From assembly GCA_963662665.2 (NCBI GenBank), contig CAXXJS010000061.1:205840-269839 (forward strand): DNA of 64,000 bases, given 5' to 3'. A program made the position numbers and the translations under genes. The stretch comes from Candidatus Latescibacterota bacterium (GTDB taxonomy: Bacteria > Latescibacterota > UBA2968 > GCA-2709665). Below are positions 46,949 through 57,291 of this stretch, one piece after another. The stretch's first letter is position 1. Each line of letters begins with the position of its first letter. The notes below the pieces were generated by a model that saw only the letters and a program-made list of their open reading frames with translations, made no database searches and had not been told where the DNA came from.

Positions 46949-48850
46949 TCAGGGTTCGGAGGTGGCCTCGTTCGAGAGGAGCTGAAGTTTGCCGTTCCGG
47001 ATCGTCAGCATGTACATCCAGGCATTTTCACGATTGCCTTTGCTGAAGGATAGTCTTCCGGTAGCGCCGGGTATGGCGCCCAGATTTTCAAGAGCGTTCC
47101 GAAGTCGCTGCCGGGAGGTGCCGCCCCGGTCGATGGCGGTCAAGACAGCCGTCATTGCGTCGTAACCCAGGGCGGACGCAATGCCCTGGTCTCGATTGAA
47201 CCGTTCCCTGAAGGCGCCCAGGAACTCGTGTACGGAGACCATATTGCTGCGAGTGGTGTACTTGGCGACGAAGACCGCGCCGTCCGTATAGGAATTCCGC
47301 GCGACCGCATGGTGGTTCCAGCCGTCGCTGCCCAGCAACCGCGCGTTAATTTGGTAGAAGGCGACCTGGGGTGCGATCAGAAGCACCTCGTCCTTACCAC
47401 CCGCGATGAGCAGACCGCCCAGAGTACGCACCGGTTCCGGCTGCACCGTGTCGGGGTCGACGGTAACCGGTGGGGGCGGCGCCAGGCGGATGCTTCCCAG
47501 GACCAGGGAGTCTATCTCGTCTGCGAGGATTGCGGGTGGATGCAGCGCCAGTCCGGCGTCCCGGATGCGTTTCAACTGGCCCCGGTAGTCGGTTGTGCCG
47601 GGTTCGTACCAGGTCTGAATGATCACCTCCGAACCCAATTCTTCCGCACGGGCGGCGAACTCTTTCGCGATTCGGTCTCCATACGAATCCCGCGACGCCA
47701 GCGAGGCCAGCGTGCGCAGCCCCAGCTCCCGAACCGCGTAGTCGGCAATTCGACGGCCCTGCGCGCCGGGCGTTGCATTGACCTGGAATACGTAGGGACT
47801 CAGTGAGGCAAGTCCATCTTCGGAGGCCGTAGGTGCGATCAGCGGGACCTTGTGTGGGCCTGCCAGTGCGGCAACCGGAAGGGTCTCGGCGCTCGTCAGG
47901 GCGCCGATAATGGCAATCACACCGTGTTCTTCTATAAGATTCTGAGCTGCCCTGACCGCGCGTACCGGACTGCCTCCCGTATCTTTGAAGACGAGTGCGA
48001 TCTGCTCTCCGGACTTGAGCGGGCGGAGTTCCCTGGCAAGCAGAACGCCGTCGATCATGTCCTTGCCCAGCGCACTCGCCAATGGCGCGATCAGGCCGAT
48101 TGTGTAGTGCGCGTCGGCTGGTTTTTCTGTGTCGTCCGCACGAGGTTTGGTGTGCGCTTTTTCCGCCGCCGCCGGACGGAGCCGCGACAACGGGCGTTGT
48201 TCGCGCGCCAGGGTCGCGAAGATTCCGTTGGGATGCTGTTCCAGAAATCGGACCATCTCATTGCCGGATGGCGCGGCCCGGTCGTATCTGACAGGCCAGC
48301 GCGCCCGGCCGAAGGCGACGGCCTCGTCGATGGCCGCGCTGCCGAAATCGGCCTGAAGGCGGGCAATGTCCCCTGAAGTGATTCGTCCTGCCCCGGCGAT
48401 CTGACCCAGCCGGTCCGCAGCGCGGGCTTTCAGCCGGAGGTCTCCCCGTCCCGTCACCACATGTGCGTATCGGGTTGCGGCGCTGTAGACCTGGCCCTGC
48501 TGAAATCTACAGTCTCCAATGATCAGGTCGGCTTCCGGGAGATAGCGGCTATTGGGAAAGGCGACGTAGAGTCCGGACGCCGCGCGTAGCGCCAGGTCGA
48601 ACTCTTTGAGTTTATAAAGCGATTTCGCCAGCATCAAACGGGCGGCCGAAGTACGTTCGTGGATGGGCTCCGTCTCGGCCAACGCCTTAAAGGCCGGTTT
48701 CGCCTTGCGGTAGTAGCCGTTAGCGTAGTCGCCAAGCGCTTTCCGGAACCGGGTTTCAATTTCCCCCTGGCCGATCTGCGCGCTGGACGGTTGTGCGACT
48801 GTGAGATGGGTTACGAGGACAAGCCAGAACGCTGTAGCGATTCGATTCAC
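46949..48850 (-). CDS. exported TPR plus type I periplasmic-binding-fold protein (LpoA-like)
   Basis: Signal peptide, BamD/TPR-like N-terminus, AIIGALTS, DYRGQL, LGSDGW, LGYDA, GATGRLSF. Confidence 0.75.
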   Translation of the reverse strand: MNRIATAFWLVLVTHLTVAQPSSAQIGQGEIETRFRKALGDYANGYYRKAKPAFKALAETEPIHERTSAARLMLAKSLYKLKEFDLALRAASGLYVAFPNSRYLPEADLIIGDCRFQQGQVYSAATRYAHVVTGRGDLRLKARAADRLGQIAGAGRITSGDIARLQADFGSAAIDEAVAFGRARWPVRYDRAAPSGNEMVRFLEQHPNGIFATLAREQRPLSRLRPAAAEKAHTKPRADDTEKPADAHYTIGLIAPLASALGKDMIDGVLLARELRPLKSGEQIALVFKDTGGSPVRAVRAAQNLIEEHGVIAIIGALTSAETLPVAALAGPHKVPLIAPTASEDGLASLSPYVFQVNATPGAQGRRIADYAVRELGLRTLASLASRDSYGDRIAKEFAARAEELGSEVIIQTWYEPGTTDYRGQLKRIRDAGLALHPPAILADEIDSLVLGSIRLAPPPPVTVDPDTVQPEPVRTLGGLLIAGGKDEVLLIAPQVAFYQINARLLGSDGWNHHAVARNSYTDGAVFVAKYTTRSNMVSVHEFLGAFRERFNRDQGIASALGYDAMTAVLTAIDRGGTSRQRLRNALENLGAIPGATGRLSFSKGNRENAWMYMLTIRNGKLQLLSNEATSEP

Positions 48851-49069
48851 ACGTGGTTCCTCAAGGAGGAAATGCCCGAATCCCTGGTTTTCCTGCCTGT
48901 TCGAAGCCGTTTTCAGCCAGACTCGGAACCCGCCGCCGGGGTGAGCACGTGCCGCTTCGTGTTCGCAGGATACCGCGAACGCAAATATAGGGACAATTCA
49001 AGCGATAGGCGAGTGTTTTGTATTTCATTGTCCTGAAATCGTATTCTGTCTTCAAATTCCATGCTCGTA

Positions 49070-49094
49070 TGTCAAGTGGATATTGCTATTGACA
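49070..49094. promoter_or_regulatory. back-to-back -35 hexamers of divergent promoters
   Basis: TGTCAA-13 bp-TTGACA in an AT-rich divergent intergenic region. Confidence 0.4.
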
Positions 49095-49215
49095 AAGCGA
49101 CGGCGACAATATACCGTATGCCTGGATAAGGATTGTCCGGATGGAAGGGTGGAGAGGATTTGGGCGGAGACGGAAATGGCTACTTTCACTCGAGTAATGA
49201 TCATGGGGAGAAGAA

Positions 49216-50388
49216 ATGAAACCTGACGCAATATCCTCCATCTACAGGGCGCCCGCGTTCGCCGACGCGCTGCCCGAGTTGGCAGCGCCGGGCGCCACGC
49301 CTGAGCGACTGGCACACCTGGAAGCGCACGGCTTCGTCATCATAAACGACTTCGTCGACAATCCGTGGATTCCGGTTCTCCGTGAAGCGGGCCGCCGGGT
49401 TACGGAGGCGTGTGCACCGGCCAATGGGTACAGCAGGATCGACTGCTCCAGGGGTTACGTCCACCGGACTGGCAAGGACGAACCATGGGCGATTCGCGGT
49501 CTGGTTCATCCGGCTTTCAATGAACCATGTTTCGCCGAGTTTCACGGTTCTCCCGATTTCCTGGAGTTCGTGCGCTCGTGGTGCAACGGTCTTGGCCCCG
49601 GGGATGTCACCTATGGTGGTCTGCTGTTGTGGTGCAATCCGCGAGAGTCGGAACACGCCCTCGGCTGGCACCGCGACGTAACGTGGTGGGGAACCGGGAA
49701 ACCCTATTTCGCGCAACGCGAGATCCGGGGCGAGGGGCCCGAAGCCTACACGGAGGAGGTCGAGCGGGAACGCTGGGCGGAGATCCGCGCGAACAACGCC
49801 AGATCGATTGCGGAGCGGAATGGCGTGAGTATGTTCCTGGCGCTGGTGGACGACGAGTGCCATGAACTCATACCAGGCAGCCACGATCGATGGCGTACAC
49901 CTTTCGAGCACGACGTTCTCCTCCCCAAAGCCATGAAGGAGAAGGGGGTCCCTCACACACCCTGTTGGAACGGCGTCGACCCGCTGCCGGACCAGGTAGC
50001 GGTCCGGCTCAGGGCGGGCGAATCCCTCATCCGGATCGGCGCAAACATTCACACCGGTCACACCGTTCCGGACAGAGAACGGAACACGCTATCCATCGGA
50101 TGGTCCAGGTGGTCCGGGCCGTTTACGGGTGAGCCCGCGGTGGCTGACGTGCGAAGCGCGTGGCAACTCGATCCCGAGGTGCGGGAGGCTTTGCCCTACG
50201 ATTGGATGAAAACGGCGTGGGACCGATGGGCCGAAACGCAAAAGCTGGGCGATACGCTCGAAGACCGGTACCCCGCTTATGACATCCGCCGGATAAAGGC
50301 CGGGGAAGTTGTGGGCTGGCGCGGCGAACTGGAGCGCCAGGCAGCCGCGTCAGGTGAAGCCTGGGAGGCCTTCCAGCGGGCAGGATGA
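49216..50388 (+). CDS. phytanoyl-CoA dioxygenase (PhyH)-like protein
   Basis: HGFVII, GWHRD, IPGSH, NIHTG. Confidence 0.75.
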   Translation: MKPDAISSIYRAPAFADALPELAAPGATPERLAHLEAHGFVIINDFVDNPWIPVLREAGRRVTEACAPANGYSRIDCSRGYVHRTGKDEPWAIRGLVHPAFNEPCFAEFHGSPDFLEFVRSWCNGLGPGDVTYGGLLLWCNPRESEHALGWHRDVTWWGTGKPYFAQREIRGEGPEAYTEEVERERWAEIRANNARSIAERNGVSMFLALVDDECHELIPGSHDRWRTPFEHDVLLPKAMKEKGVPHTPCWNGVDPLPDQVAVRLRAGESLIRIGANIHTGHTVPDRERNTLSIGWSRWSGPFTGEPAVADVRSAWQLDPEVREALPYDWMKTAWDRWAETQKLGDTLEDRYPAYDIRRIKAGEVVGWRGELERQAAASGEAWEAFQRAG

Positions 50389-50628
50389 GGCTCCCGCCCC
50401 ATCTGCCGGACTCAGTCCTGCACACCCGTCGGCGGTTGAATATGAAACCGATCAGGCGGACTCCGGATTGCGCCCATTCGCGTCCCTGTTTGTTTCGGGG
50501 TATTTGCCGGGGCCGCGCGTATGACGGCTCATCGCCGGCAGATTCCACACTGGATCGCGCTTTTCTTGAACAACAGGGCTTGACAGGCGTATATAAAGTA
50601 CCGTTAATTCCAACATACCAACCCCATT

Positions 50629-50991
50629 GTGAGGAAGGCCGTGATTCGCGCCATTTCCATCTCATGTCTGACCCTCGGCTTCGTTCTTTCGGCCATTCAG
50701 TGCCTGTGCGGGATGTCGACACCGGCTGAGGTCTGTCACGTCCAACCTGCCGAGGCGGACTGCTGCTGCGCCGCGACCGACGACAGGGTAACCGACGCCC
50801 CGCCGGAGTTGCCCCCGGCCCTGGCTGTCTCGGGTACCCGTTTTTCGGGCACGGATTCCAGCGTCGCGCCGCAAATGGTTCGCGTCGTGGAGGTCCTTTC
50901 TTCCCGTCGTACCCTCGGGGTTGCGTTTCCTTCCGTTTTTTCCCACCCGGCACCTCCGCTGTACCTGATGAAGTCCGCGTTGCTGATCTGA
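50629..50991 (+). CDS. small exported Cys-rich protein upstream of cus operon (candidate leader peptide)
   Basis: N-terminal hydrophobic segment, CLC/CH/CCC, C-terminal HPAPPLYLMKSALLI; TTGACA at 50580. Confidence 0.65.
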   Translation: MRKAVIRAISISCLTLGFVLSAIQCLCGMSTPAEVCHVQPAEADCCCAATDDRVTDAPPELPPALAVSGTRFSGTDSSVAPQMVRVVEVLSSRRTLGVAFPSVFSHPAPPLYLMKSALLI

Positions 50992-51087
50992 GATCCCGCC
51001 CTGTCCGCGTCTTCCGCGGTGCAACTATAATTTCCAGCCGTTAACATCGCTTGAATTTCATTTGCTCAAGAGAGAACCCTTAGCTAA

Positions 51088-51240
51088 CAGCCCGTTGGAA
51101 AAGTCCATCCGGGCTGCGTCCGGCCCTTGTGGCCGAATGACTGCGTTGCGCTCCCTCCCCGAATCCCCGATTCGACGCGGTCGCGCGCCTTGTCTTCGGC
51201 CACAATGCCTCGCCTGCAGAGCGACTTCTTCAACGGACTG
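51088..51240. mobile_element. 153-bp MITE with 18-bp imperfect TIRs and CTAA target-site duplication
   Basis: CAGCCCGTTGGAAAAGTC ... GACTTCTTCAACGGACTG (15/18 match), flanked by CTAA on both sides; partial sibling at 41264. Confidence 0.8.
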
Positions 51241-51258
51241 CTAAGGCGTGGGTGTGTG

Positions 51259-52569
51259 GTGTCACGATTGCGTTTCCACGAATTCCTGCCATGGAGGTTA
51301 TCAGTTTTGAAAGGAATCCTGATACTCGTCGGCGTATGGCTTGCGCATCTTCCCCGGGTTGCCGGAGCCTCGGCGCCGGCACTGGAGGGTTTGATCGACT
51401 CGGCTCTCGCGAAGAATCCCGGGTTGAAGGTTCTTGCGCACCGGTTGGCGGCATTTGAAGCCCGGGTGCCTCAGGCCGGCGCTTTGGAAGACCCACTTCT
51501 GGGATTGGATCTGCGAAACGTGCCGATCAGCCGCCTCGATTTCAACAGCACGCCTATGTCCGGCAAGCAGTTGATGGTCAGCCAGCGGATACCTCTGCCA
51601 GGCGTGTTGCGCGCCAGGGAGAGGGCGGCGGAATTTGCCGCGCTCGCCGCCAGGGAAGTCCTTTCGGACCGGACCGGAACCATTGTGAATCTGGTGAAGC
51701 AGGGATATTATACGCTGGCATTCCTTGACCGGGCCATTGAGGTGACGGAAAAGAATCGTACACTCCTTCAGGATCTGGTTCGAATTGCACAGAAGAAGTA
51801 CGTGGTCGGTCGCGGGCTGCAGCAGGACGTCCTGAAGGCGCAGGTGTCGCTTTCGGCGTTGCAGAATCGGCTGATCAGGCTGAATACACAGCGCCTGCTC
51901 GCAGAGGCGCGACTCAATCGTGTGCTGAACAGGCCCATGGATACGTCCGTGAACGCACCCGATGAGGTGATACCCACGCCGTTCGGCCTTTCGTTGGCCG
52001 ATGCTCAGCAGTTGGCGTTTGCTCACCGTCCGTTATTGAAGGAAATCGAGCAGACCATTTCCAGGTGGGCGGCAACCGAACAGGCGGCGCAACGGTCCGG
52101 GTGGCCCAGTCTGACGTTTCGCCTGGGCTACCTGCAGCGTGCGCTTGCGGGGTCGGATCCTGTAGACGGCAGCGATTTCCTGTCATTCGGTTTGAGCATG
52201 AATCTCCCGGTATTTAACGGGAGAAAACGGGATAACCAGGTTGCCGAGGCGCAGGCCAATATCAGAATGGCCAGGGCGCGGAGAGAGGACATCAGCCGGA
52301 ATATCCAGTTTCGCGTGCAGGAGATCTGTCTGGAAATCGACCAGCATTTCAAGGAGGCGGAACTGTTCCGTACTGCAATCCTGCCACAGGCTCAGCAGAC
52401 CTTGGAATCCGTGCTGGCCGGATATCAGGTTGACAAAGTGGACTTTCCGGCGCTGTTGGACAGCCAGGTCTCTCTGTTCCGGTTTGAAATCGAATACTAC
52501 CATCATGTCGTCCAACGTGAGAAAAAACTGGCGGAACTGGAAGCTGTCGTTGGAAAACGCCTCTTTTAG
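51259..52569 (+). CDS. TolC-family outer membrane efflux protein (CusC-like)
   Basis: AL..NP.L, QAGAL.DP, QQDVLKAQV, YQVDKVDF; start uncertain because of the MITE. Confidence 0.85.
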   Translation: MSRLRFHEFLPWRLSVLKGILILVGVWLAHLPRVAGASAPALEGLIDSALAKNPGLKVLAHRLAAFEARVPQAGALEDPLLGLDLRNVPISRLDFNSTPMSGKQLMVSQRIPLPGVLRARERAAEFAALAAREVLSDRTGTIVNLVKQGYYTLAFLDRAIEVTEKNRTLLQDLVRIAQKKYVVGRGLQQDVLKAQVSLSALQNRLIRLNTQRLLAEARLNRVLNRPMDTSVNAPDEVIPTPFGLSLADAQQLAFAHRPLLKEIEQTISRWAATEQAAQRSGWPSLTFRLGYLQRALAGSDPVDGSDFLSFGLSMNLPVFNGRKRDNQVAEAQANIRMARARREDISRNIQFRVQEICLEIDQHFKEAELFRTAILPQAQQTLESVLAGYQVDKVDFPALLDSQVSLFRFEIEYYHHVVQREKKLAELEAVVGKRLF

Positions 52570-52620
52570 ATATCGCCTCACGAGCAGGGTTGTGCGCATT
52601 GCAAAGGGAAAGGTCGAGTT

Positions 52621-53904
52621 ATGAATTGGAACAGAATCGTTGTGACGATTCTCGCCCTGGGTGCAGGAATTGTCCTGGGGATATGGCTGGGTGGAGAGGA
52701 CGGCACGGAATCTCACGAGACGGGACCGGCCGTGTACCGGTGTCCGATGCATCCCACGGTGGTGTCGGACAGGCCCGCAAGCTGTCCGGTTTGTGGAATG
52801 GACCTTGTGATGGACCAGGCGGGCCCTTCAGGGCACGAGGGCGGTCACGGGGAGGCGGCTGCCGAGGTCCGGATCGACCCGTCCACCGTTCAGAATATGG
52901 GCGTCAGAATCGGCGTGGTGGAACGGAAGCCATTGAGCCGGACCATACGCACCGTGGGGCGTGTGGATTATGACGAAACGCGAATGGTCGACGTGAATAC
53001 AAAGGTAACCGGTTGGGTGGAGGGACTGTTTGTCGATTTCACAGGGCAGCAGGTGAAGAAGGGACAGCCGTTGCTGGAAATCTACAGTCCCGAACTTGTG
53101 GCCGCGCAGGAGGAGTATCTGACAGCGCTGGATTATGTGCGGCGACTCGAGGAGAGTGCGTCTGCCGAGGCCCTCGAGGGTGCCAGAGCGCTTCTGGGCG
53201 CGGCCCGCCAGCGTTTGATGTACTGGGATATCGCGGAAGCACAGATTGTTAACCTGGAGCAGACGCGGGAAACAAAGCGGACGATGACGATCCATTCCCC
53301 ACACAAGGGCGTCGTGGTTCATCGAGCGGTTTACGACGGTGCGTACATCGAGGCGGGAGAACATCTCTATCGCATCGCCGATCTTTCCCGGGTATGGGTC
53401 TATGCGGATATCTACGAGTACGAGTTGCCGTGGATCAAGAATGGGCAGGCGGCCGAGGTCATGCTTTCCTACGCGCCTGGGCGGGTGTTTGAAGGCGTGG
53501 TGACCTACGTCTATCCGTTCCTGGAATCGAAAACCCGCACGGCGAAAGTACGGATAATATTTGAAAACCCGGAACTGGAATTGAAGCCCGAAATGTTTGC
53601 CACGGTGAAGATCCTGTCCGAGGTGGCGAAGGAGGCGGTGGTTGTTCCGGTTCAAGCCGTGATCCGGTCGGGAGAACGAAGCGTGGTGATTCTGGATCTG
53701 GGGAACGGTCGTTTCGCGCCGCGGGAAGTGAAACTCGGGGTGGAGGCGGACGACGTCTATGAGGTGACTCACGGGCTCAGCGGGGGCGAGGAAATCGTCA
53801 TTTCTGCGCAGTTTCTGATCGACTCGGAGAGCAACTTGAAGGCGGCGCTGCGGACGATGGGCGGGCATCGCGAAGCACCACCACAGACGCACCATGGCCA
53901 TTGA
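52621..53904 (+). CDS. cusB: heavy-metal RND periplasmic adaptor with YxCPMHP domain
   Basis: YRCPMHP...CPVCGMDL, GWVEGL, YSPELVAAQEEY, LKPEMF, AQFLIDSES. Confidence 0.9.
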   Translation: MNWNRIVVTILALGAGIVLGIWLGGEDGTESHETGPAVYRCPMHPTVVSDRPASCPVCGMDLVMDQAGPSGHEGGHGEAAAEVRIDPSTVQNMGVRIGVVERKPLSRTIRTVGRVDYDETRMVDVNTKVTGWVEGLFVDFTGQQVKKGQPLLEIYSPELVAAQEEYLTALDYVRRLEESASAEALEGARALLGAARQRLMYWDIAEAQIVNLEQTRETKRTMTIHSPHKGVVVHRAVYDGAYIEAGEHLYRIADLSRVWVYADIYEYELPWIKNGQAAEVMLSYAPGRVFEGVVTYVYPFLESKTRTAKVRIIFENPELELKPEMFATVKILSEVAKEAVVVPVQAVIRSGERSVVILDLGNGRFAPREVKLGVEADDVYEVTHGLSGGEEIVISAQFLIDSESNLKAALRTMGGHREAPPQTHHGH

Positions 53905-53997
53905 CAGCGGTCTGCGTGAATTCTTACTGCCGCGTAACCCGTAACGGGGTCCAACTCCCGTGTACCGGACAATGAACCCGTAACGAAAGTTGAATGT

Positions 53998-56900
53998 ATG
54001 ATTGGTCAGATAATCGAACTCAGTCTTCGAAACCGTATTCTGATCGTAATGGCCACGGTCTTCGCAATCGCCTGGGGCGTCTACGCAATGTTGAATACAC
54101 CCCTGGACGCCATTCCGGATCTGTCGGACGTGCAGGTGATCGTAATGACTGATTTTCAGGGACAGGCGCCGCGCGTGGTGGAGGACCAGGTGACCTACCC
54201 GCTCACCTCCGCGATGCTTGCCGTGCCGAAGGCAAGCGTCGTACGGGGATATTCTTTCTTCGGGTTGTCGTTCGTCTATGTGATTTTCGAGGATGGTACG
54301 GATATTTACTGGGCCAGAAGCCGGGTGCTGGAGGCGCTCGACACCGTTTCGAACCGGCTGCCGGCGGGTATCGCGCCGCGGCTCGGGCCGGATGCCACGG
54401 GGGTCGGATGGGTGTACGAATACGTGTTGGTTGACAGCACGGGGCGCCGGGATCTTTCGGAATTGCGGTCCATCCAGGACTGGTATCTGCGTTACGAACT
54501 CAGCAGCGTGCCGGGCGTGGCGGAGGTGGCGGCAGTGGGCGGGTACGTGAAGCAGTACCAGGTAACCGTGGATCCCAACCGGCTGCTGGCCTACAATGTC
54601 CCCTTGCAGAAGGTCCGGACGGCAATCAGGCGGAGCAACAACGACGTGGGCGGGCGTATCGTGGAGTTCGGGGAAACGGAGTTTATGGTTCGCGGGCTGG
54701 GGTACCTGCGTTCGACGGAGGATATCCGCAACGTCGCCGTCGGGGTCGACGCAAGGGGTACCCCGATAAGAGTTGGTGATATCGCCACGGTACAACTGGG
54801 TCCCGAACTGCGCCGTGGCCTGGCGGAATGGAACGGCGAGGGCGAGGTCGTGGGCGGAATCGTCGTGATGCGTTACGGCGAAAACGCGCTGGCTGTAATA
54901 GACCGGGTCAAAGATAAAATCGAGTCGCTCAAGCCAGGTCTGCCCCAAGGCGTTGAAATAAAGACGGCATATGACCGGTCCGCGCTCATACGCAGCGCGA
55001 TCGACAATCTGCGTAACAAGCTCATTGAGGAGATGTCGGTGGTCGCGCTTGTCTGCGTCGTGTTTCTGCTGCACTTTCGCAGCGCGTTCGTGGCGATCTT
55101 CGCACTTTCAACCGGCGTGCTGGTTTCTTTCGGGATGATGTACACACAGGGCGTGAGTTCCAATATCATGTCGCTGGGCGGAATTGCGGTCGCCATAGGC
55201 GCGATGGTCGACGCGTCGATCGTGATGATCGAGAACGCACATAAGCACCTGGAGCAGGATAACGGGAAGCAAAGCCATCTCGAGATCGTCGCTCGCGCGA
55301 CTAAGGAGGTAGGCCCTGCCCTCTTTTATTCGCTTCTGTTAATCACGGTGTCATTCCTTCCCGTGTTCACGCTTCAGGCTCAAGAGGGGCGTTTGTTCAA
55401 GCCCTTGGCCTATACGAAAACGTACGCGATGGGCGGGGCGGCGTTGCTCGCTGTCACGCTCGTTCCCGTGCTCGTGAGCATTTTCGTCCGGGGCAGAATC
55501 CGGCCGGAGACTCGAAACCCCAGCAGCCGGTTCTTCATCTGGATCTACCGACCGGCGATCGACTGGGTCCTGAGACACAGGGCTGCCACGGTTTTGCTGG
55601 CGGTGGCTGTGATGTTCGTAACGTTCTTTCCATTCAGGAGCCTGATACTCGAGCGGTTTTCCGACGCGCCGCGCAGCGTCGCGTATCGCGCGATTCTGAG
55701 GCTGGACCGCCTGTTTCCGCTGGAGAAGATCGGTTCCGAATTCATGCCGCCCCTGTACGAGGGAGACCTTCTCTACATGCCCACGACCCTGCCCGGTATT
55801 TCGGTGACCAGGGCGCGTGAATTGCTTCAGCAGACGGACAAGATCATCAAGACGTTTCCGGAGGTCCGGGACGTCTTCGGAAAGATCGGAAGAGCCGAGA
55901 CAGCAACGGATCCCGCGCCGCTTGCGATGATCGAGACAACGATTACCCTGAAGCCGGAAAACGAATGGCGCCCGGGCATGACCCCCGATAAGCTGATCGA
56001 CCGATTGAACCGGGCGATCCAATTCCCCGGCCTGACCAATTCGTGGACGATGCCCATCAAGACAAGAATCGACATGCTGTCGACCGGGATCAAGACACCG
56101 GTTGGCGTGAAAGTCGCGGGTGAGGATCTTGAGGTGTTACAGCGCCTGGGCGAGCAGATTGAAGGGGTGATCCACGATCTGCCGGGTACTCTAAGCGTGT
56201 TTGCCGAACGCGTTGTTGGCGGAAACTACCTTGATTTCGAAATCAACCGTGAAGAAGCCGCACGCTACGGGCTCACGACGGGAGACGTACAGGACGTGAT
56301 TATGTTTGCGGTCGGCGGGATGAATATCACAACGACCGTTGAAGGTCTGGAACGCTATCCCGTCAATCTGCGCTATGACAGGGAACTGCGCGACAACCTG
56401 CCGGCGCTGCGCCGGGTGCTGGTGCCAACGCCCACCGGCGCACAGATCCCCATCCAGCAACTTGCAGACATCCGAATCAGAAAAGGGCCGCCGGGGATCA
56501 AGAGCGAGAACGCGCGTCTGAATGCGTGGGTGTACGTGGATATCCAGGGTATCGACGTTGGAACCTACGTGAAACGTGCGCAACAGGCGGTGCTGGAGAA
56601 GGTGTCCGTGCCGCCTGGTTATTCGATAACCTGGAGCGGCCAGTACGAGTATATGCAGAGGGCGGAAAAGAGATTGAAGCTGGTCGTGCCTCTCACCCTT
56701 GGCATCATATTCCTGTTGCTTTATCTCAACTTCAGGAATATTACGGAGAGCCTTATTGTTATGCTGTCCTTGCCGTTCGCGATGGTGGGCGGGATCTGGT
56801 TGATGTACCTTCTGGATTACAATATGAGTGTTGCGGTGGGCGTCGGATTTATCGCGCTGGGCGGTCTGGCGGCCGAGACCGGCGTGGTCATGCTGGTCTA

Positions 56901-57201
56901 CCTCGATCACGCGTACGATCGGATCCGGAAGGCGCGAGGTGGCGAGATGAGCGCTTCCGACCTGAGGACAGCGGTTATCGCCGGCGCCGTGGAACGCGTC
57001 CGGCCGAAGATGATGACTGTACTCACCACGCTGCTGGCGTTGCTTCCCATCATGTGGGGACACGGCATCGGGTCGCAGACGATGAAGCGCATTGCCGCGC
57101 CGATGGTGGGCGGTGTGGCGTCGTCGGCACTGCTGACCCTTATCGTGATACCCGCTATATACGCGTTGTGGAAAGGCCGATCGTTGAAGGATGGGAGTTG
57201 A
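53998..57201 (+). CDS. cusA: CusA/CzcA family Cu/Ag RND transporter
   Basis: DAIPDLSDVQVI, GPDATGVGWVYEY, EFMPPL.EG, DPAPLAMIET, WTMPIKTRIDM (three-Met site). Confidence 0.95.
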   Translation: MIGQIIELSLRNRILIVMATVFAIAWGVYAMLNTPLDAIPDLSDVQVIVMTDFQGQAPRVVEDQVTYPLTSAMLAVPKASVVRGYSFFGLSFVYVIFEDGTDIYWARSRVLEALDTVSNRLPAGIAPRLGPDATGVGWVYEYVLVDSTGRRDLSELRSIQDWYLRYELSSVPGVAEVAAVGGYVKQYQVTVDPNRLLAYNVPLQKVRTAIRRSNNDVGGRIVEFGETEFMVRGLGYLRSTEDIRNVAVGVDARGTPIRVGDIATVQLGPELRRGLAEWNGEGEVVGGIVVMRYGENALAVIDRVKDKIESLKPGLPQGVEIKTAYDRSALIRSAIDNLRNKLIEEMSVVALVCVVFLLHFRSAFVAIFALSTGVLVSFGMMYTQGVSSNIMSLGGIAVAIGAMVDASIVMIENAHKHLEQDNGKQSHLEIVARATKEVGPALFYSLLLITVSFLPVFTLQAQEGRLFKPLAYTKTYAMGGAALLAVTLVPVLVSIFVRGRIRPETRNPSSRFFIWIYRPAIDWVLRHRAATVLLAVAVMFVTFFPFRSLILERFSDAPRSVAYRAILRLDRLFPLEKIGSEFMPPLYEGDLLYMPTTLPGISVTRARELLQQTDKIIKTFPEVRDVFGKIGRAETATDPAPLAMIETTITLKPENEWRPGMTPDKLIDRLNRAIQFPGLTNSWTMPIKTRIDMLSTGIKTPVGVKVAGEDLEVLQRLGEQIEGVIHDLPGTLSVFAERVVGGNYLDFEINREEAARYGLTTGDVQDVIMFAVGGMNITTTVEGLERYPVNLRYDRELRDNLPALRRVLVPTPTGAQIPIQQLADIRIRKGPPGIKSENARLNAWVYVDIQGIDVGTYVKRAQQAVLEKVSVPPGYSITWSGQYEYMQRAEKRLKLVVPLTLGIIFLLLYLNFRNITESLIVMLSLPFAMVGGIWLMYLLDYNMSVAVGVGFIALGGLAAETGVVMLVYLDHAYDRIRKARGGEMSASDLRTAVIAGAVERVRPKMMTVLTTLLALLPIMWGHGIGSQTMKRIAAPMVGGVASSALLTLIVIPAIYALWKGRSLKDGS

Positions 57202-57291
57202 TTATTGTCGGGTGTTGTCATATATTCCGAGGTACCGGAGTGAAGTCCCGTAAAGCCGTTGGCTTTGACGATTTTCAGAGGAGAGAACCCC

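Noticed and set aside
51127-51258. Upstream start of the TolC-family ORF
   Set aside because: Lies inside the MITE, so it is not part of the ancestral gene
52828-55074. 748-aa minus-strand ORF
   Set aside because: Antisense shadow of cusB/cusA, typical of GC-rich coding DNA; no recognisable motifs
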